A stretch of 64,000 nt of DNA from Anolis carolinensis (taxonomy: Eukaryota). The position numbers and the translations under genes are program-made. The stretch spans positions 30,418,782 through 30,482,781 of the forward strand of contig NC_085842.1 in the NCBI RefSeq assembly GCF_035594765.1, in the 5' to 3' direction. Below are positions 56,847 through 64,000 of this stretch, in pieces (the first letter of the stretch is position 1; every line of letters begins with the position of its first letter). Under the pieces are notes generated by a model. The model did no database searches and had not been told where the DNA came from. It saw only the letters and a program-made list of their open reading frames with translations.

Positions 56847-59800
56847 GTAAGAGCGGAAGGAACAAAGCTATAACTGGGTAGTGGCCAGTGATAAATCAAT
56901 TTAATTGGATGAATTTGTCATAGTCTTCAATATTTTTAAATTTGTTAAAAATTGGGTTGTGTTTCTTTAAAAAAAATTGACGCTTATATAATGTATGTGT
57001 AGGTATGTAATACTGGAAAAAGTAACTGGCAATCTACAAATAAAGATTGCAAAATGGCTTGGGGGATTCATTTAAAAACTAATCCAGTATGTATTTTTTT
57101 AAAAACTTGTTAATAGGGAGCAGGAATCTCTATAGGGCTCAAAATGAGGTCTAGCGTGCTTATAATGTTGTAGCTACCTATATTCCCCCACCCCAGTGCA
57201 ATATGGCGGTATTTTCTCTTTTGTCCCTGACAAATGGCATTGTACCTTTCCTTTACAGGATGTTTCCCTTTTTATTTTATCCTACCTCCCCCATGTGTGG
57301 AGGGAGAAGAAAAGGGTGGGGGGGGGTGATGGTATTAACCCTGCAATGATCAGTAATGAGGTTTGACTCCGGCACTTGCTGGATCATAACTTGCCACCCA
57401 AACTGTTAAATAGGTTCTAGTTTATAGAACTGACATAAAATGATTCAGGTGGTGTATGTGATGGAGGTTGTATTGCTGTAGTTTCTTCTTAATAGATTCT
57501 GAAGCCTTTGCTTTATTTTTTCCCCCTAATTGTCTGTGCTCTTAAAATGGCGTCTCTGCCTCTTTCCTTCTCCAAGAGCCCACAAGGCTTTCTGGGCAGG
57601 GAGCTGATGTAAGCAGCTTGCAACAAACTCCTCCCCCTGAATAGCTTGTGCTTGGCACCCAAGCGGGCAGTCATGGAAAGGAGGGGGGGGGGGAAGTGGC
57701 TTACCCTTCCGCCTTGCAACCTTTTCCACAAGGATCTAACCAAATTCCACTCCCGTTTCCTCTATAGGAAATTTAGGTTACAGCTTGAGCAGTGCAAAGT
57801 ATGATCATAAATCCGCCGAGTTTCTCTTTTTTTAGGTTTCAGCATCACACAAGACCTTCGGATTTCAGTGCTTGCTCCATGTTTGCTGTGCTTTGTTGAG
57901 ACAAATCTGTTAAGTGTTACTATCAGAAAGGCAACTGTTTTGTATCCTCTTCTCTCCCCTTCCCCCATCCCCTTGCCCTGTTTTCATCTTCTGGGTCTCT
58001 TTGAAGGAATGGAGCAGGGGAGCATGTTTCTTAATTGAATCAGATCTAATTGTTGACATGAAATGCTACCACTGGACCCCAGATATTTAGCCAGTGTCAG
58101 TGACACTTGCTAAAACTAACAAGGTTCTGTATGGGGGATCTTGGCATTTTCTCTGTCCACATGTACACCAAAGGGGGTGGGTGGGAAGGGGGGAGTCTTG
58201 TATTAATTTGCCACATTCCACCGTTCCTGTACAATGTACTAGGAAAGAAGTGATCATTAGGAAAAAGGGAATCCAGCACTTGTATTACTTCATCAAAGGG
58301 AGGGGAACAGCCACAATTCCACCTGGTAAGCAAAACCTTTCTGGTATTAATTACATCTCACAACCTTCATTTCTGTTCCAGACCACTTTGTTCATTTTTA
58401 ATTTTTTTTTTTGCTGCTGTTCTCTTCCATTGTCAATACCCTAAAGTGACACCTACTGATGCATGCAGGCTGTTAAGGGTATTAGTATTTTTGCCAATCT
58501 GTTGAGGACATTAGTGTTTTCCAAGCTGGTTAATTCCTTAAAACAGGATTCTGATTCCTTGAATGGTTCTGCATGAACATCAACTAGCATTTCAGTAATG
58601 CTGCCCTTGAGACTTCTGCATTAAGAGTGAATGCTGTGAAGGGAATGTTCCACAAAGTGAAACTGAAATATCTTTGTCTCCGGTGGTAGCATTTCATATT
58701 GTAAGTCCCAAACCCACAACCTGATGACACTGTTCTGGCTTTTTAACCAATTGAATGCACCTGCCATTTCACACAACATTGCAGGGTGCTTTAGTCAGGA
58801 CAATGCTGTGTCTTTATTGGGTTGAATAGAATGAGAATGTAAAATTGTAAATGTCCATTTAATCCTACACTTGGATGACCATGCACCTGTTGTAGTCAGA
58901 TTTGCCTTTCAATAGGAAAACACTGATAAAGTGGGTTTTTAAAAAAAAAATACAACAGTCACATGATATCTGGGAATATTTATGCAGCAAAAATGGAAGC
59001 TGCCAAAATGGCATTTAAAATAAATATAGGTTGGGATAGAGGTTCACATTTCCATAAATGCACACTAATAATTTCTGTTACATCCATTAGAAAATGCTTA
59101 GAAACCCAACAGCTAAGGTCTTGTGTTTTAGGGGATTCAGTTTTGAGATAGCAAGCAACTGCCTAGCTGATAAGTTACCCAGCACTAAAGCAGGCAAATC
59201 CAGTAGATCCTAAGATTCCCTTTAAAACCATTGTTCAAAACATTCCTTTTTAGGAAAAAAAAACAGTGTTAGGAATGCTGGTTTACATAAGATTCCAAAA
59301 CAATTCTGGAAGCCTTACAAGAACTACTGCCCAGTTAAATAGTTCTATAGATATACTTCCACTGTCTCCAACACTGGTCTTTTTCCTCATGATTTGACTC
59401 CTGCCAGATGTTATAGTTACATTGTTATGTCAGCCAGTAATTTGATGAGGCAATGAAATGTCACAAGACTAGGGTAGCTGGTTGAGATTGTCTTGTGTAT
59501 ATGTGCAATGTAAAAACATGCAGCTGGAACCAGTCCTCTTAAGATTTCCCAATAAGACAAATTCTCATCCTTCAATAGCTGCTGAAGAAAGTGGGTGGAT
59601 TCTCCTTTACCCTAAATTTGAATCATGATAGTTCAACCTGCAATCTCATCCCTTGCATACTGAACACTTAAGGGGAGAGCTATCCCTGTATCCAAAAATA
59701 ACTGCTCTTCATTCTATATTGACAAAGAATAGTCTGCATTCCTGAACATACTTAACAGGAAACACTGAGGCCTAATTTTCATGTAAGTGTAACAAAAATT

Positions 59801-62800
59801 TGATGCATAACACACCGGAAGAGTGGGCTATTTTTTTTTTCATTTAAGAATTTGAGTTCACAGTTGGGCAATAATTTTTCGAGATATGGTACAGTACGAG
59901 TTTTGAGCCAAGTGTGAATTCTGGGCTTCCCTTCATAGACCACAGTGGTTTTCTAAAAAGATCTTTTTGAATTGTTTTTGGATAGTCTGACCAACCTATA
60001 GCATATTTTTTTGGCAAGGCAACATGCTCTATAAAAATGTATTGGTATAGGGCTGTAACAGCCTTGATTTTGATAGGTACATAGAAATTTGGGGGAGGGA
60101 TGTTAAATGTAGTAAATCTTCAAATGCATATGTTGGAATATTGAAACCTAATATGCCTAATTTCTCAGGTTCTCAGTTTTTTTTAACTTGTTGCCAAACC
60201 AGGAACTACCATGAGAACACCCAGTTGGATTCCAGTGCTTAGAAACACTGATAAGAGAAACCAGACAGAATATTTCAGAGGTTTTGCTACTAATACTTAT
60301 TTTAAAAGTGCTTTTTGGGACTCCCTTTTTTTGAAATGCTGGCTTCGAGTGGAATTGCGTATGTGCCACGGTTCAGTTTCCCCATGCTTGCAAGACTAAA
60401 AGTTCTTCAGCACACTGCATTAACGAACTATCTTTCATAGGAAGCGTAACAACTGTTCCTTAGTAATTCCCCTGGGAAGATGTTTTAAAAACATTTGCTA
60501 ACATATATTAATAGAATTGTAGGATATGAAGATGTGTGTCTTCATTGGATTAAAATCCTGATTCCATTCCCTAAACTGTAAGTACTAAACAACTCTTCCC
60601 ATGGAGTCCAATCCTGAAGAACTCAGGTGAATTGGAGCAATGGGAAGATAAAATAAGATGAGTAGATGAGTATAACTTTATGCTATAGTAGTACTGTTTA
60701 TCCCCCTCTACTGCTGCATAGTGAGTTCCTTATCCTGGCCTTGACACTGATACAGCTTCCACATTACCTCTGTAAGCCCAAACTGATATTTCTAAAAAGC
60801 TGTGTTGGATTCTTTGCATGATAAGCAAAGCAATATTATGAGTTTAAGCTGCTATAGCTAATTGACTTGCATCTTACACCACCAGTTTGACAAAAGATGA
60901 ACAATACAGTCCTGTTGGGAGTGTCCCTTGGGAACTGAGGTTTCCTGAATTGCAGGTGTCCCTCCCCAAGTACATTTTGCTTTCAAGTCATATGTAAGAT
61001 TGGTGGATTATAGTTATACAATGTATTTTGGGGTGAAAGCTTGAATGTTAATTTAGAAGTACCAGGACTAAATATCTTATTCTCACTTTTCCGATATACA
61101 GTAAAAGCTGCAGTGTTTGTATTGCAAATTTGATTATGTTAAACTTCAGAGTTACACGGTTGTCTAACAAATAATGTTAACGTTTATTCCTTGTATTTTA
61201 CTGTGTTTTGTTTTTATATTTTATGAAAATAGCATTTATGGTTTAATTTTGTTAAGCTTGTATATGATCCAAACAACTGTTAGGCATCTAAATACTTGCA
61301 TTTATTTTGCTGCATATAGCTCCTAATCCTGCAGCTTGAAGGATCTTTGTGAATTGCTTTGATTGGAGAAATTCTAAGATTTCAGTGTGTTTGATCCAAC
61401 ACCTGGCTCCTGGTTCTCCTGGCCAAGTAATTTTGGAAGGCTAGACCCCCGCCCCCCCCTTTTTTTTTACATAATTGGCAGGTTTAGAGTACCGATATAG
61501 CTAGAATTTAGAGTGACATATGCATTAAAGGCCTCAAAAGTAAAGGCAGTGTGACTGAATAGCTATATTATGTGCGCCCTTTGATTGCATTTGTGGAGTT
61601 ATATAAGGCAGCAGGTGCAGGGTCTGTAGACCTGATACGTTTCAAAAGATTAGCATGAGTTTGTTTCCCAGTTGTCTTTTTTAACAATAGTACATATGAA
61701 AAGCATATGCCCTTCTACTCTAAAATTGCCTTGCTGCAATAAAAGACACTTGGGGGGGGGGAGTAGCGTTTTATGTAAAAGAATTTGATTGGATATCTGA
61801 CAAATATTACTTAGGCATGTTCTGTGGCTCAGTTCTTCATATATGTCTGTTTTTGGTACAACATTTTGATCAGTTTTGAAAATGTCAGGTTTCAGCTGAT
61901 CAAAGGTGTCATTTCTATTAAGAGATCCCAAAAAACTAATGTCTACACACCTTGATACTTAAGAATTTTAGGAAATAAAAGCATTGTCCTGTATTGGTTG
62001 TAATTGAAAGGCCAATATTTTAAATGATGAGGATTTCCCCCAGTTAATTATTTGATAAATGGCATCTAGCTTTAAGGTGTGTTGTTTATTGTTGCTTGTC
62101 TTGCATGTTGGTTTATTTGGCCCAGTTACTGAATAAAAGTCTTGTGCCCTGTTCTAATTTGTAAAGGAATTCTTGGGCACTTACAGTGAAATCATATCAG
62201 ATAAAGAACCAAAGTGCAGTTATTTTGTCTGATTGGACTTTTAAGATTGGATTCTTAACTTTTAACTTGGGGAATTTATATCTGTGATTAATTAAATATG
62301 CTTTTAGGGTGAATTTTTGTGATGTATGTCAAATTGCACTTCTCAGCTTTGCCAGATAGATGGAATTGCAGTTCAAGATGTATTTGCTAGAATTACGAAG
62401 ATTATTATAGAAATTGGAAAATATAGTTTAGGTCTTGAGTGTAGTTTGCATATCGAATTACATTACTCCTGTTTTATTTGTTGTTTGACCAAGTGTGAAA
62501 AGATTAGCAAAGCATACTTGTTACATTTCATATGAAAGAAGCATGGGCACAATAAATTAGCATTGTAAGAAGTTTGACTCTATAGAGCTATTGAACAGTT
62601 AAAGCTGTCAAACTTTTGACGCTATTTTTATGGAAGAACAATGCTTCTGATGTGAAGTAGGTGCAACATTGCTTATTTTTATGGAATATCCAATATTATA
62701 AAACACTGAAAATTAATTAAATACGTATTCATGCTGTTTGGCATGGCTTTGTGTACTCTATTCCTATACATTTTCACTTGGGACCAGGTCTTGCTGAATT

Positions 62801-64000
62801 CAGTGAAATTGAGCACAGTAACTTTATAATGTTACTGTGTACAATTGCAGCTTTAATGAAAAAATCTTAACTGTGTAATGAATCTTGTAAGAACAACTGA
62901 GCATTTGTTAATGTTTTGACGTAATCATAGTCAATACTTTCAGCAAATCAAGTTATGGTTGGAAATAAAAGTAGTTACAGCCTGAAATGAAAAGTGGTGC
63001 CTGCCACTAACATTGAAATGCTGTTAGTCTCAATTTGTAATTTACTCTAGTTGATTTAAGGGCCTTTAGCTGGAATTAACATTTGGATTTAGCATCATAT
63101 ATTTACTGTTTTCCAACATACCATGCTGGATTGCAGATTAATGCATTAAAAGAGCTTTTTAAAAAATTAGTTATCTTCATGGCTTGAAATTAAACAGACA
63201 GTGCCATTTTCAGTTATTTTTATAATCAAGCTATTGTGGAGCATATTAGTTTGAACTTTATAAGCAATTTAAAAAGTTACTGCCAACATGCTGGCTTTTA
63301 AATCTCGTGTCAGTTTAAAAACGAATATGTGTAACTGTATTCCATATGTCATCAAATGACTACTTTTTGTCTTTGAAAATCACACTTATAAACATGCTTA
63401 CTTGGCAGGCCTGTTGAAATCAAAGTAAACATGTATAGAAGTTAGTTATAAAAACAAACTTGTTTATTAAAGTGGGTTAATTGAGCCACATCTGTTTGGG
63501 GGCCATGCCAAAGTAATTTAGATGTATTATGGTATACAGTGGTTATTCTCCACTTCACATAGTATTGTGTTAGAAACTCAATGTTCTAGTTAGACTTTTT
63601 CTATTTGTTTTGGGGAATTAAATCTTTTTAGTTTGGTAGTAATAATGTCTCCTGTTCATCTGATCATCAGGGTTTTAAGAGTTTATTCTATAGGGAAAAT
63701 GATTGCACAGTATTTGAAATACAAACACTGCAGCTTTTGTGCATCTCAGAAAAGTAAAATGAGAAGAGATGAAAACTACATACAGTGGGTGCATTGTTAG
63801 AAGATGAGAAATGCATCATGAAATAATATTTAAGAATGTATTGTCTTGAAACAATTTAATTGGGCAGAAAAAAATTCTGAAGTTTTTTTCATAAATTGTA
63901 AGCTGTTGTAGCAAAAAACTTTATCAAGCGTGTGGCATCTTCAGCGCTAGTGGGTACAATGGCATAAACTTATGAGTCTGGAGGCTGCTGCCATGTGCAG

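Noticed and set aside
62018-62138. C/D snoRNA-like ATGATGA...CTGA with short terminal stem
   Set aside because: The stem is only A-U, there are no clear C'/D' boxes, and I recognise no rRNA antisense element; likely chance in AT-rich DNA.

Overview
Vertebrate genomic DNA from a squamate, most likely an Anolis lizard (Sauria-type SINEs, 5S-headed SINE, R4/Dong, RTE, Penelope, hAT/mariner/Harbinger MITEs). It is the segment syntenic with the mammalian MHC class I framework block. Two complete multi-exon genes lie on the minus strand. ATAT1 (alpha-tubulin N-acetyltransferase 1; ATG 37816) has two alternative last exons, giving ~302 aa and ~461 aa isoforms. MRPS18B (ATG 51548) has 7 exons and 249 aa. 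A divergent plus-strand TATA/CpG promoter at ~55.7 kb with non-coding exons is most likely the 5' end of PPP1R10/PNUTS; this identity rests on synteny, because its coding exons lie beyond the window. The first 55 kb is densely filled with nested transposons, including an uninterrupted >580-codon Neptune-type Penelope RT/GIY-YIG ORF, a solo LTR, a Helitron with a 160-bp palindrome, and a Penelope-derived minimal hammerhead ribozyme on the ATAT1 sense strand. The most striking feature is the last ~8.8 kb. I see no transposons there, and its first ~2.5 kb carries many helices whose G-U wobbles favour the plus-strand RNA: a four-way junction, a 19+8-bp long-range duplex, and a segment able to pair either with a 5' splice site or with a distal decoy. 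This suggests an uncharacterised RNA-structure-based regulatory system in the leader/intron of the putative PPP1R10 transcript. All calls were made by eye; no folding or database searches were run.
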